Below the pieces are notes generated by a model that searched no databases, had not been told where the DNA came from, and saw nothing but the letters and a program-made list of their open reading frames with translations. A stretch of DNA of 64,000 nucleotides. It comes from a virus (taxonomy: Duplodnaviria; Caudoviricetes). Both the position numbers and the translations under genes were made by a program. Shown in pieces: positions 51,807 to 61,641 of the stretch (position 1 is its first letter; each line of letters opens with the position of its first letter). The DNA lies in the IMG/VR virus record IMGVR_UViG_3300010163_000006, positions 91,672-155,671 of that record. One strand, given 5' to 3'.

Positions 51807-52946
51807 TCAACTGTACCATTTGTCTATGGCATCCCATTTCTCAATAACTAAAGCGTACCCGAGTTTTGTCAACAGATCACACAACACTTGATCAGCCTTA
51901 ATATGTGCTGATTCAATGTCACTCTTTATCTCTACATCCGACGCAATCTTTTCCAGTTCCTTGATTGCTTCTTCACTGTGTATCGGCAATAAACCTTTGT
52001 AATCTGTTATGTCGGAATAATCATCTGTATCGTTATCAGAACCATCATCAGGTTTTCGATATCTCATAACCCTGGCAAAGGCATCACCTTCGTTATGGAC
52101 TGAAACGGAATGATCCGATATATTCACCAAACTATTGGAAGCTCCGGGATGGGGTGTTGGTTTGTCTAACAGTATAGGATTTCCATCCTCATTCATTCCC
52201 CAATTTTCAAAATCCTTAAACGGGTGAATCTTCTGTCCACATGTTTCAATAACAACGCCATATTTATCTGACAAAGACTTCAGATCAGAAATAATACCCT
52301 TTGTTTCCTCAGGTGTCAGAAGTTCTTGTTTTTTATATGAAGGATATTCGGTCTTCTTATTAACAGAAGAAATTTCCCGAAGAATAAAGTCATCCGGGAT
52401 TTTGGGATTTGGTACATAATACCTGAACTGTTTACGTTCCTCTTCTGTGAAGCTGTTACATAGAGATATGTCGCCCGGTTTTCTAACCATATTAAGTAGA
52501 TAATCGGCATCACTGTATATGGGCTCATATTCAGTATCAGGTGTAACGACCGACCGGTATAGATCGACTGAAGGCAGATAGTCGATCTCAAATCCGGGTT
52601 GTTCAATATGTTGCTCTACCCACATCATTACAAGAGCTGCATACGCCCATACTCCGATATACATGTTGAACGCTTTCAACACATCACATACATGAGCGGG
52701 ACACCAACAATGATCACCCTGTAAAACGCAATCATTCCAGATACGTATGAATTCCGGTGAGAATGTATTCGAGCGGGAGGGAGTGGCATTTACCTCATTC
52801 TCTATATTGAAGACTTCATGGTCCTCAGTAACGAGATACAGCGAGTTCCATTTGTTATGTTTCTCAACAGACACACAGGGATACTTTGTTACTGCATCAA
52901 AATCAGATACCAAATCTATATCCCTGTCAGATTTCAATATTTTCAT
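51807..52946 (-). CDS. Hypothetical protein
   Basis: 379 aa; shares LTxEx(5)xDxKSLxDKY with 50370..51755. Confidence 0.7.
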   Translation of the reverse strand: MKILKSDRDIDLVSDFDAVTKYPCVSVEKHNKWNSLYLVTEDHEVFNIENEVNATPSRSNTFSPEFIRIWNDCVLQGDHCWCPAHVCDVLKAFNMYIGVWAYAALVMMWVEQHIEQPGFEIDYLPSVDLYRSVVTPDTEYEPIYSDADYLLNMVRKPGDISLCNSFTEEERKQFRYYVPNPKIPDDFILREISSVNKKTEYPSYKKQELLTPEETKGIISDLKSLSDKYGVVIETCGQKIHPFKDFENWGMNEDGNPILLDKPTPHPGASNSLVNISDHSVSVHNEGDAFARVMRYRKPDDGSDNDTDDYSDITDYKGLLPIHSEEAIKELEKIASDVEIKSDIESAHIKADQVLCDLLTKLGYALVIEKWDAIDKWYS

Positions 52947-53173
52947 TTGACATGTTCCTTTCCTTTCAGAGATGATCTCCGATTCTTTTTTATCATCTTG
53001 GTGATGACATTAACCTTTTCAAGAACGACGAGTTTCTTCCCAGATTTTAATTCAACCAGTGAGTTTCCGTTACCCTCGAAAATAGAGACATCCTCGATAG
53101 AAGATATATCATCAATATTGATGATTATGTGATTCTTCTGGATTGCATTTGTGAGTTTTATGAAATTTTTCAT
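52943..53173 (-). CDS. FlbD/SwrD-like small protein
   Basis: FIKLT...IIINIDDISSIE...VELKSGKKLVVLEKVNVI resembles the FlbD pattern. Confidence 0.5.
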   Translation of the reverse strand: MKNFIKLTNAIQKNHIIINIDDISSIEDVSIFEGNGNSLVELKSGKKLVVLEKVNVITKMIKKNRRSSLKGKEHVK

Positions 53174-53459
53174 TTTGCATATCCCCTTACATGATAATAA
53201 TTATGATATCAAGAATCAGATACTTGAGTGGATGTTCGTGTGGGAATGATTATGTAAAATCATTCATTAATCGTGTTTAATTAGCCCCGGGATGGAGGGC
53301 TAATCTCTATCGGTTTCCAGATGATTCTGCCGTCGGGCAGTCTTTTACCAATACACAATGTGTGTTTATCCATGATATCAACTCCTTTCGATTTACGAGT
53401 TCTGATTCTTGTTGTCATGATAATAATATATATATGATTTATAATTAATATAGAAAGGA

Positions 53460-53750
53460 ATGATCATAATGAAAGTGGAAGTTAAAGGCGGAGGCATGTC
53501 AAAAGAAGAGCGTGAAGCATACATAAAATACGCCAAGGAGAAGTATCCAGATGATAAAATATCAGCCTTGATAATTCGGATTGACGGCGATTATGTAAAT
53601 CTTGAAATCCACAAAGCCGCTGTTCCTTTCGTGAGAATCCGTCGTGTCACAGGTTACCTTGCTGGTGATCTTACCAGATTCAATAATGCTAAAAAATCAG
53701 AAGAAAAAGATCGAGTGAAACATGGTGTTCCTCAAACAGATGATGAATAA
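53460..53750 (+). CDS. Small protein carrying the NrdD (class III RNR) glycyl-radical C-terminal motif
   Basis: RIRRVTGYLAGDLTRFNNAKKSEEKDRVKH. Confidence 0.75.
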   Translation: MIIMKVEVKGGGMSKEEREAYIKYAKEKYPDDKISALIIRIDGDYVNLEIHKAAVPFVRIRRVTGYLAGDLTRFNNAKKSEEKDRVKHGVPQTDDE

Positions 53751-53782
53751 TTAAACCGGGGCAATACGCCCCGGTTTAATTA
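53748..53782. terminator. Bidirectional terminator
   Basis: taattaaaccggggc-aatac-gccccggtttaatta. Confidence 0.75.
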
Positions 53783-53789
53783 ACATTAA

Positions 53790-54782
53790 TTATTTGAAGA
53801 AGTAATCGCTTATGATGGCGTCAACCTTCTTATTTATCACCAAAAACACATGATCCGGTTTTGGATTTATCCCCCATTTCTTCATGCAGTAGTTGGTTAA
53901 CCGAGCGATCTTCTTTTTACCTACATGACTCACGGCATCTGCGATCATAATCGAGACATCGAAGTCCGGCAAAACCATTGGTACCGAACATCCTCCGTTA
54001 ACAACAGCAACACGGAGTGTGACCGCATTAACGAGATCGGTTTTGTCGATTAGTTCGTTTGCTTCTCTACGATGATTAAACCATTCCTGTACCCACCAGT
54101 TGGATTTCTCTAATTCATACATCAGAGGTAACCATGTCTCCTTGGGTATGCCATTCATTACTTTGTTGAATTTTTCCATATCGGATATTTCGATTGGTAA
54201 TTTATCCATAGATGGTATCTTTGATTTTACAACACCATCAACAAAGTCAAAATAGTTTGGAGATATCTTTTTGTATGTATCACCTCTAATGAGTCGCAGA
54301 ATATTCTGACGGTTTATTTTGAGTGTCGCACTCGCTATGTTACTCGCCTCTGTCAAAGGGCGTCCGTTACATTTCCTCGCGATCCATTCACAAACAATGG
54401 CAGCATCTTTAGGATCAATCTTTCCTGTTTGAGATAACACAATATCATCAATGTCATCAGTGTTGTCATCTGATTCTGCTTTAGCAGCTTCTTCTGCTAC
54501 AGATTTTTCAGGCTTTTCTATACCGGGTTTTTCGTTGAGTACGTTGTCCACGAAGTCACCAACTTCATCAACTATTTCATGTACAGCAATGATATTATTG
54601 ACCTCGGGTATGAACATGAACCAATCTTTTATCTTCTGAATTGATTTGTCAACATCAGGAACAAGTAACCCGATTTCTGAAATATCATCCATTGTTATTC
54701 CTGTTTCACGAATGACCTTTGTAAATGACTTTACTTCCATAGCCATATCAACGATATCATTCAGACATCTAATGTCAATCAT
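53790..54782 (-). CDS. Hypothetical protein, partial paralogue of 54798..55919
   Basis: Shared xC-x2-I...NG...I-x2-I-x7-IS-x2-F segment. Confidence 0.65.
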   Translation of the reverse strand: MIDIRCLNDIVDMAMEVKSFTKVIRETGITMDDISEIGLLVPDVDKSIQKIKDWFMFIPEVNNIIAVHEIVDEVGDFVDNVLNEKPGIEKPEKSVAEEAAKAESDDNTDDIDDIVLSQTGKIDPKDAAIVCEWIARKCNGRPLTEASNIASATLKINRQNILRLIRGDTYKKISPNYFDFVDGVVKSKIPSMDKLPIEISDMEKFNKVMNGIPKETWLPLMYELEKSNWWVQEWFNHRREANELIDKTDLVNAVTLRVAVVNGGCSVPMVLPDFDVSIMIADAVSHVGKKKIARLTNYCMKKWGINPKPDHVFLVINKKVDAIISDYFFK

Positions 54783-54797
54783 TAATAAGCCCCTCCT

Positions 54798-55919
54798 TTA
54801 TCTTCCAAACATCTTGGCCACTTCGGAGTTGTAATCATTCCTAATCTGGTCAATGATATCGTATGGGATAGTTACACCAAACTGATCCTTCACAACCTTG
54901 GATATCTTCTGAACATCAGGAAGATGCTTTCCACCGATTATATCGATTGTGATGAATACAATGATGGTCTTCTCTACGAGAGATAATTCCTGTTTTGCCT
55001 TTATTTTATCCCTCAACAAAGCAGCCGAAGTTTTTCTGTCATTTGTTGTCAAGAAGAATCCACCAACATCAAATGATGATGATGGTTTGTTTTGGCAATC
55101 ATTTAATTCCGCTCCATACGGAACAATATCGTTATTTACCACCGTAAAGAACTTGTCCGAGATATTCGAATGAAGTTCTTTGTTAATTATTGCAATAATG
55201 GCGTTACGTGTTACAACAGGCTTGCTGTTTTTGTATCGAGTCAAAATGACATCCACGTCACCGTTATGCTCAATGATTCTACGACAAATGTCTTCGATGA
55301 GTAGAAGACTCCATGAAGAAGTCGGTCTACTTTCTGATGATACCCAATAAAGATTAGACACAGATAAGTTACGACGATCTCCATCCATAAACGCAATAAC
55401 ATAGTCACCATTGCGATTTGCCGAATGGATCTGGAATGCCTTGGCTACGAGCACGGATGCTCTTTTAATATCGTTATCATCATCACCAATCTGAACACGA
55501 AGATCACCATCAATGAAATAGGGTTCCAAGACATTATGTTTCTCTATGGAGTATATTGTTCCATTTTCCGAAACCATAAGATTCAGATCATTGATCTTTC
55601 TCCACTCCGCATAAGGTTCGACGTCCAACTCACTACTGTAGAATTGCGGTTCTACATTGTTTGTTGTAGTGGGTATTGCCGGTTCGACCGGCAATACCTG
55701 TGTGGGTTCATCTTTGGATGCATCTGTGTGTGTGTCGTTTGCTGGTAATAAACATTTACCAGCAAGCCAATCCCTTGCGAATTTGATATCTTCACCAAGG
55801 GATTTGTCCAGTTTGGACAACATCATCACGTGGTCAATTTTTATTTCAGGACAGTTCTCTATTCTGTGAACAAAAGCATTGAACGTAGAGATTGCCCTGA
55901 TTGCTTGTTTTAGTTCCAT
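54798..55919 (-). CDS. Protein with degenerate NUMOD4/HNH-like domain
   Basis: EWRKI...VSENGTIYS...LVAKAF...FMDGDRRNLSVSNLYWV; usual catalytic His absent. Confidence 0.6.
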   Translation of the reverse strand: MELKQAIRAISTFNAFVHRIENCPEIKIDHVMMLSKLDKSLGEDIKFARDWLAGKCLLPANDTHTDASKDEPTQVLPVEPAIPTTTNNVEPQFYSSELDVEPYAEWRKINDLNLMVSENGTIYSIEKHNVLEPYFIDGDLRVQIGDDDNDIKRASVLVAKAFQIHSANRNGDYVIAFMDGDRRNLSVSNLYWVSSESRPTSSWSLLLIEDICRRIIEHNGDVDVILTRYKNSKPVVTRNAIIAIINKELHSNISDKFFTVVNNDIVPYGAELNDCQNKPSSSFDVGGFFLTTNDRKTSAALLRDKIKAKQELSLVEKTIIVFITIDIIGGKHLPDVQKISKVVKDQFGVTIPYDIIDQIRNDYNSEVAKMFGR

Positions 55920-56143
55920 AGAACTTTCTCCTTTCGTTTTTACATAATATCACATCACGCTTTCGACGATATCATTCAGATCGTCGTACGTCATATCATC
56001 GTCATCATCACCACCGTCATTGTTGCATCTGATGAAATTAAGCATATTCTTTAGACCTCCTTTTAAATAATCAGACAAATGAACACTCATTCTTTGTCCG
56101 TATAAATAATATGTTTATAATTTATTAAAATAATAGAAAGGTT

Positions 56144-58057
56144 GTGAATCATAAAATGGCTTCCCTTGCAATGGATAAAATACTCAATGCAGATATAAAA
56201 GATATAACGAAGACATTTATAGAGGACATGTTTGCAGCTTATCACGATAAGGAAACTGGTGAATTCCACCAAGCAAACTTCGACCCAACCGATGAAATTG
56301 TTTTGACAAAAAACGACTATCAATGGGTTAATGGAAAAGTTGATACGACATTGGGTATGTTAATATTCAATAGATATATCTTGGAAAGGCCAGGAATAAT
56401 ACAGTATCTTGGATACTGGAATACCCCAATCGATGCGAAGGGATTAAAAACTCTCAATGCAGAGATAAATAACCTTGCAATATTAGATAAGACAACAATT
56501 AATCAGCTTGGAGACTATATAGATTCCAGAGATAGATTGGGATTTTGGTGTGCTGCATTTTTGTCAGTTTCTATATCTCCAGCATTGGTGCGTCCTATGA
56601 ATAACGTTAACCAACGAAAGGCAGAATTGTTTAAACAATATCAGGCTGACTTGAATTCCGATAACCCAGTAACACAGATAATGACCGTTAACAAAATACA
56701 AGATGAGTTAATGGGTATTGTCCGTGGTAATTTAAAAGATGATCCCGGATATGATCTCTACAGATCTGGTGATGGTAATCTGGACAATAACTACAAGACA
56801 ATCAATGTCATGAGAGGTGCCGTATACAATAACAGCACCAAAAAATATGATGTTGTTGAAAATTCACTCATGAATGGTATTAAGAAGAAAGACATTACGG
56901 CCTTTGCTAACTCGGTACTTGCCGCCGCATATCCATCTGCCGTTGGTACTGCTGATGCGGGTTACATGGCGAAGATCATACTCGCACTGCTTCAATCCGA
57001 ACACATTGATCCTGATCCTGATTCGGATTGTGGAACAACATCGACGATTCCATTAACAATAACAAAGAAGAACACGAAGTATGCATTATTTAGATATATC
57101 AATGATAATGGAAAACGTGTATTGACAGATCTTCATAATATAAACAATTACATCGGAAAGACAGTTCAACTGTATTCTCCACAATGTTGTGAACATGATG
57201 CTATTTGCGGTAAATGTGCAGGAAGAGTTTTCCATAATCTGGGTGTAACGAATGTTGGTTTGCTTGTAACTCAGGTAACACAGAAAATCCTCAACCTGAA
57301 ACTGAAAGCAAAACATGACCTGTCACAGAATGCCGGTGTTATTCCTGAGGAGTATTTGTTCTTGGACAGAAATAAGTTCTGTACAATCGAAAATGGTAAT
57401 CTGATAAACAAAACAAAGGTTAAATTCCTTATTCCTCGATTACTTGAAGAATTGGATGGATTTGTTCGTGAGCCTACCAATGTATCGTGTATGGGAATTT
57501 TCCCTGTTGAATTTTATGATAAGAATGACAATAAGATATTGTCAACGAGCATGGTTGTCCCTGCTGTTCTTAATTTCAATATATACGATGATATTCAAGA
57601 GGACCCGGATAATTATATAATAACATATGAACCGGGTTCAAATATATGTTCTCTCGGTATACAGAAGAATGTCACGAATGTTGAGTACTTCATCAACCAA
57701 ATCTACCTCTATTCCAAGTCACCTCAGATACCATATAACATGATGACTGAAATGATGTTTAGATGTCTTGACATCAATGGCATTGATCTTACGGGTCCTG
57801 CAATCACTTATGAATTACTGGCGCGCCGTGTTTGTCGGTCTGGTGATAGATCATTTGCTGCGGTATACGGTAAGGACGCAAATGTAGATCAAATGGGTTA
57901 TTCGAAATTACGTTTCCGTGATGCCGTACAACAGTCAGGAGTTCTTCAAGGAATTCTGTTCCAAGACATCAGCCGAAGCATGACAACTGGGCTTGCGCAA
58001 ACATTGAATGGTAAGGAACCAACGACAACTCCGTTGGAAAAAATAATCAAGGCATAA
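56144..58057 (+). CDS. Phage RNA polymerase beta' C-terminal subunit
   Basis: Bridge helix AVGTADAGYMAK, DCGT, Zn site SPQCC...ICGKCAG, trigger-loop-like NVGLLVTQ...LKAKH. Confidence 0.85.
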   Translation: MNHKMASLAMDKILNADIKDITKTFIEDMFAAYHDKETGEFHQANFDPTDEIVLTKNDYQWVNGKVDTTLGMLIFNRYILERPGIIQYLGYWNTPIDAKGLKTLNAEINNLAILDKTTINQLGDYIDSRDRLGFWCAAFLSVSISPALVRPMNNVNQRKAELFKQYQADLNSDNPVTQIMTVNKIQDELMGIVRGNLKDDPGYDLYRSGDGNLDNNYKTINVMRGAVYNNSTKKYDVVENSLMNGIKKKDITAFANSVLAAAYPSAVGTADAGYMAKIILALLQSEHIDPDPDSDCGTTSTIPLTITKKNTKYALFRYINDNGKRVLTDLHNINNYIGKTVQLYSPQCCEHDAICGKCAGRVFHNLGVTNVGLLVTQVTQKILNLKLKAKHDLSQNAGVIPEEYLFLDRNKFCTIENGNLINKTKVKFLIPRLLEELDGFVREPTNVSCMGIFPVEFYDKNDNKILSTSMVVPAVLNFNIYDDIQEDPDNYIITYEPGSNICSLGIQKNVTNVEYFINQIYLYSKSPQIPYNMMTEMMFRCLDINGIDLTGPAITYELLARRVCRSGDRSFAAVYGKDANVDQMGYSKLRFRDAVQQSGVLQGILFQDISRSMTTGLAQTLNGKEPTTTPLEKIIKA

Positions 58058-58062
58058 ATATG

Positions 58063-58089
58063 ATATCCGGGGCATATTGCCCCGGATAT
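58063..58089. terminator. Bidirectional terminator
   Basis: atatccggggca-tat-tgccccggatat. Confidence 0.75.
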
Positions 58090-58095
58090 TTATAA

Positions 58096-59097
58096 TTACT
58101 CGAAAATGAGTTCATAAAGAACCATACCTGCGGCATGTTCATGACCACCGGCTGATACTGCGTGATTTCGTGATGCAATCTCTTGAACGAGTTTGGATAC
58201 GTCCGCGCCGTCTTCTTTTGAATACATTGAATAATGCCAATGATTTCCATCATAATGATAAACACACACGGCATCATATGAATCGACCTTATCACCAAAC
58301 ATAGCAGAACCATGTATAGGTGAATTCACACACAACAGTTTCAGACCATCATTATACGTAAACTCGTATGCTGAATTCATGAATCTCTTGTAAAGGTTTT
58401 CCTTATAGCCCTCGATATGACGACCAGCGGAAATAATCTCAGCAACTGCTCGAGGATCGTTGTCATATACGAGTTTGTTCCAGATATCCGATAAAGGATG
58501 TTTGTCTTTAACAGACTCCAATCCAGCATGGAAATACTTTGTTTCACGCAACAAGAACGTCCATAGATCATAATCTTCAATGTAACGGACAGCATGAGGA
58601 ATATGGTATTCTCTCATCAAAGAGGGATTTTCTTCATTGAAATTGATTGCGACATGTGTGAACTCTTGCGCAAATTCAATTGGTACTTCAGTCGCATGTT
58701 CACGTTCCTCTTCTGTCATGTATGTGTAAATCCATGAGAGTAACGTACCAGAAGTTCCTACTTTAAAGAACCTCCTGTACTTGTCAGATGTCCTGAGAAT
58801 TGATTCTTCAGGTAACTTCATCCAGTACTCAATTCCTGTTTTGTGATGATCGATGTGAACAACTTTGGCACCATTGTTGAGACATGTGGTAATGAAGTTC
58901 TCTATAGTTGAATCTAAGGCGATATCAACTATAAAGACCGGCTCATTGGGTTTGAGCTCTGGAGTAACAAGCTTATCTCCATGAAAGTATCCAACAAAAT
59001 CGTCTTTACTCATCGGATCGAATATATTGTTGAATTCTCTATGGATGATGGCTGCCGCACAACGACCATCATCATCCTTATGGTATAATATCTTCAT
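58096..59097 (-). CDS. DHH/DHHA1 phosphoesterase
   Basis: YHKDDDG, IVD, IDHH, DYDLW and GGHEHAAG motifs; start MKILYH. Confidence 0.9.
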   Translation of the reverse strand: MKILYHKDDDGRCAAAIIHREFNNIFDPMSKDDFVGYFHGDKLVTPELKPNEPVFIVDIALDSTIENFITTCLNNGAKVVHIDHHKTGIEYWMKLPEESILRTSDKYRRFFKVGTSGTLLSWIYTYMTEEEREHATEVPIEFAQEFTHVAINFNEENPSLMREYHIPHAVRYIEDYDLWTFLLRETKYFHAGLESVKDKHPLSDIWNKLVYDNDPRAVAEIISAGRHIEGYKENLYKRFMNSAYEFTYNDGLKLLCVNSPIHGSAMFGDKVDSYDAVCVYHYDGNHWHYSMYSKEDGADVSKLVQEIASRNHAVSAGGHEHAAGMVLYELIFE

Positions 59098-59101
59098 TTG
59101 A

Positions 59102-59809
59102 TTAATCCTTCCTTTCCCAGTCAAGATGATTCTTGGTCTTGGTCGCGTATTCGGTGTCATAAGTTACAATACCATCAATATAGCCTTTGAGTCGCTTCTC
59201 ATAGAACTCCTCATCGTAAGGGATGTTCTCGAAGAAACAAGGCAACTTATCTTTCATCTCAAGTAAGAAAGGTATTGTTAACTCCTTCATATAAGGATGA
59301 GCTGCCTTGTCCGCACGGAGCTTAAAGAAACTCATCAGCTCTCTGAGATTCTTCGTAACATAGATCTCCGTCTTAACACCGTTATTCAACACCTGCCGAG
59401 CTATCTGTGGAGCAGCTCCTGCTTCGAGAAGTCTGTTATATGATTCCTCACAATGTTCATACTCCTCACAGAGGATATGCTGCATCGGATCATTGATATG
59501 TTTGATAAATACAACATCGTCGTCGTACTTACAGTACCTGGTTGATTCCTGTGAATATGATGCGATTCTGTGTCTTACCCACTCATGAGAAATTCCGCGG
59601 TCTGTTATAACACGGAATGATATGGAAACATGTTCCGTAACTGATGTATGTCCTCTCTTGATGATGTTACGGATGAACTTCTCGGGATCGGTAATCTTTT
59701 TGTCATCGACCGACTGGTAGCATGTTCGAGCCGCCAGTTCGATCTTCTTGAGTATTTCTTCCGGTTTAAAGGGATCCACAATTCGGATCCCGGGTTTAAC
59801 AAGTTTCAT
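59102..59809 (-). CDS. thyX: FAD-dependent thymidylate synthase
   Basis: GHTSVTEH and RHRIASYSQESTRY signature; start MKLVKP behind GAAGGAG. Confidence 0.92.
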   Translation of the reverse strand: MKLVKPGIRIVDPFKPEEILKKIELAARTCYQSVDDKKITDPEKFIRNIIKRGHTSVTEHVSISFRVITDRGISHEWVRHRIASYSQESTRYCKYDDDVVFIKHINDPMQHILCEEYEHCEESYNRLLEAGAAPQIARQVLNNGVKTEIYVTKNLRELMSFFKLRADKAAHPYMKELTIPFLLEMKDKLPCFFENIPYDEEFYEKRLKGYIDGIVTYDTEYATKTKNHLDWERKD

Positions 59810-60671
59810 TGTTATTGTCTTCTCCTTCTTCGATAATTGCGTCTTCGTCAGAATTATCATACTGATCTTCTGCATCATACCTTTCGTGTTCAAGGTGTTC
59901 ATCTACCAGCAGTTCGGTGATGCTTTCCGCATCGCCGCCTTCCTTGAAACTTTTCAATGCGATTTCTGACGCTTCTTCTGGGCTGGATGCTGGAATGTAT
60001 ACTGTATATCTGTCCTGGCCGTCGTCATCGACAACACCGACTTCATCAGGTTTCCAATCATCTGTCTCTTCTACAGATAGGATAGTTGGTTCACCATCAT
60101 CCTCAGCGAACTTTACCGTTACGCAGTACATCGGTACATAATCGAATCCGTCCGGATATTCATTTTCGTCATCCATCGATGACTTCGCTTCCATTGATAG
60201 CAGCATGAATACCATCGTGTGATGTACCATTGTTCTCGTTATGTTGTTTGCATCGAATATCATAATCAATGCGATCTCAACATCAGTCGCTCCGGGATAA
60301 GCTTCTCTGTAATTTATGCGGATTTGATATCCTGAAAGGTAGTCCGCAACCGCATCGATTGTATCCTTGATGAACTTATCAGCACACAACTTCGCTTCGG
60401 GAGATGTATCGTGTGATGCATTTATGACGTTCTTAGCCATTCTTCTGAATTCTGCTTCGTTAGCAGTCATCTGTCCAAGATTTTCAGCGGCCCTCCCCCA
60501 ATCAAACGTATTGGGATCAACAAGGAAAGTATCTCCTGTTGACAGTTCCAGCCTGATCGAGTTGGCTTCTTCATCGGGGTTGGGGAAATTGTTTTCCACG
60601 GGTGTTTCAGCATTGTCTGTTGTTTCAGTCATACCTGCAATGACTGAATCCATAAAGTCTTTGTGATCCAT
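59796..60671 (-). CDS. Acidic hypothetical protein
   Basis: 291 aa, AAAGGAG RBS. Confidence 0.7.
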   Translation of the reverse strand: MDHKDFMDSVIAGMTETTDNAETPVENNFPNPDEEANSIRLELSTGDTFLVDPNTFDWGRAAENLGQMTANEAEFRRMAKNVINASHDTSPEAKLCADKFIKDTIDAVADYLSGYQIRINYREAYPGATDVEIALIMIFDANNITRTMVHHTMVFMLLSMEAKSSMDDENEYPDGFDYVPMYCVTVKFAEDDGEPTILSVEETDDWKPDEVGVVDDDGQDRYTVYIPASSPEEASEIALKSFKEGGDAESITELLVDEHLEHERYDAEDQYDNSDEDAIIEEGEDNNNETC

Positions 60672-60920
60672 AGTTCTTCTCCTTTTTCTTAAATCGGTTT
60701 ATTTCTTGTGGTTCTTTGTGTCTTTCACAGCTGTCATTGGATCGTATGTTGGTTCTTCAACGAACTCAACCTTGATCTCATCGTCATTGTCAACGAACTT
60801 ATTGTCCGGACATGGTTCGGTTGGATGCACAAATTATACCTCCTTTTCACTTAAATGTAATGATTGGTTATTACCTTTCATTCATTAAAATAATATATAT
60901 TCAGAAAGGAAGAAAATTAT

Positions 60921-61331
60921 ATGTTAGAATTTTCTATCATTACGATCACATCATTCGTGACACTGCTTAACGAATGTACTAAGACCATTGCGAAGCTCAC
61001 TGTTAAGAAAGATGTATCAAAGTACATACCCGCATGTTCAATCGTGTTCGGTATCATCCTCGGTATTGCAGGATACTATACGACAGGTGTTGATATGGGC
61101 AACAACATTGTTGAAGCAATCTTCATCGGAATCTCTGCGGGTGCTGCAGCAACAGGCATTCATCAGGTTGGTAAACAGCTCAACAAGACCGACGAAGCTC
61201 ATGGGTTGAGTCCTGAAGAAATGATTAAATTCATTGGGGACTCAATAAACGTATGTGATGGGACATCTGATGAAGAAGATGTATCAGAAGATGTTGTGTC
61301 AGAGATCGAAAACCCCGGCAGCGAAGAATGA
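60921..61331 (+). CDS. Phage holin
   Basis: Three hydrophobic segments; KYIP...AIFIGISAGAAATGIHQVGKQL. Confidence 0.75.
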   Translation: MLEFSIITITSFVTLLNECTKTIAKLTVKKDVSKYIPACSIVFGIILGIAGYYTTGVDMGNNIVEAIFIGISAGAAATGIHQVGKQLNKTDEAHGLSPEEMIKFIGDSINVCDGTSDEEDVSEDVVSEIENPGSEE

Positions 61332-61380
61332 AAAAGAAGAAAAACAGGATCGGGGGCATATGCCCCCGACCATCTGTTCT

Positions 61381-61617
61381 TCATGCTGTGTATGTACGAT
61401 ACTTAACTACCCCATCTTTGATGACAGTAAACGAATCTGTCAAGATTCCGGGGTTACCAAATATTTTTCTAATGTCTTTCTCGTAGTTCGGATTACAGTA
61501 CGCTGCTAACACGTTCCTTTCAGACCGTGATAACTTAGCGCGTGTTCCATCCGCTTTTATTGCAGAAACATAACCCTTGGTTATTTCCACTCTATCAATC
61601 TTGTCACACTTTTTCAT
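61381..61617 (-). CDS. Hypothetical protein
   Basis: GGAGG RBS; terminator at 61349-61370. Confidence 0.6.
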   Translation of the reverse strand: MKKCDKIDRVEITKGYVSAIKADGTRAKLSRSERNVLAAYCNPNYEKDIRKIFGNPGILTDSFTVIKDGVVKYRTYTA

Positions 61618-61641
61618 CAGTAATCCTATCCTCCAATGTTA

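Noticed and set aside
53460-53750. Full-length or pseudogenised nrdD
   Set aside because: No upstream NrdD remnants; the gene has its own RBS, a distinct N-terminal segment and a terminator
8754-58057. Introns or inteins in the RNAP and DNA polymerase genes
   Set aside because: ORFs are continuous and I see no intein or group I intron hallmarks; the splits match known jumbo-phage subunit architecture
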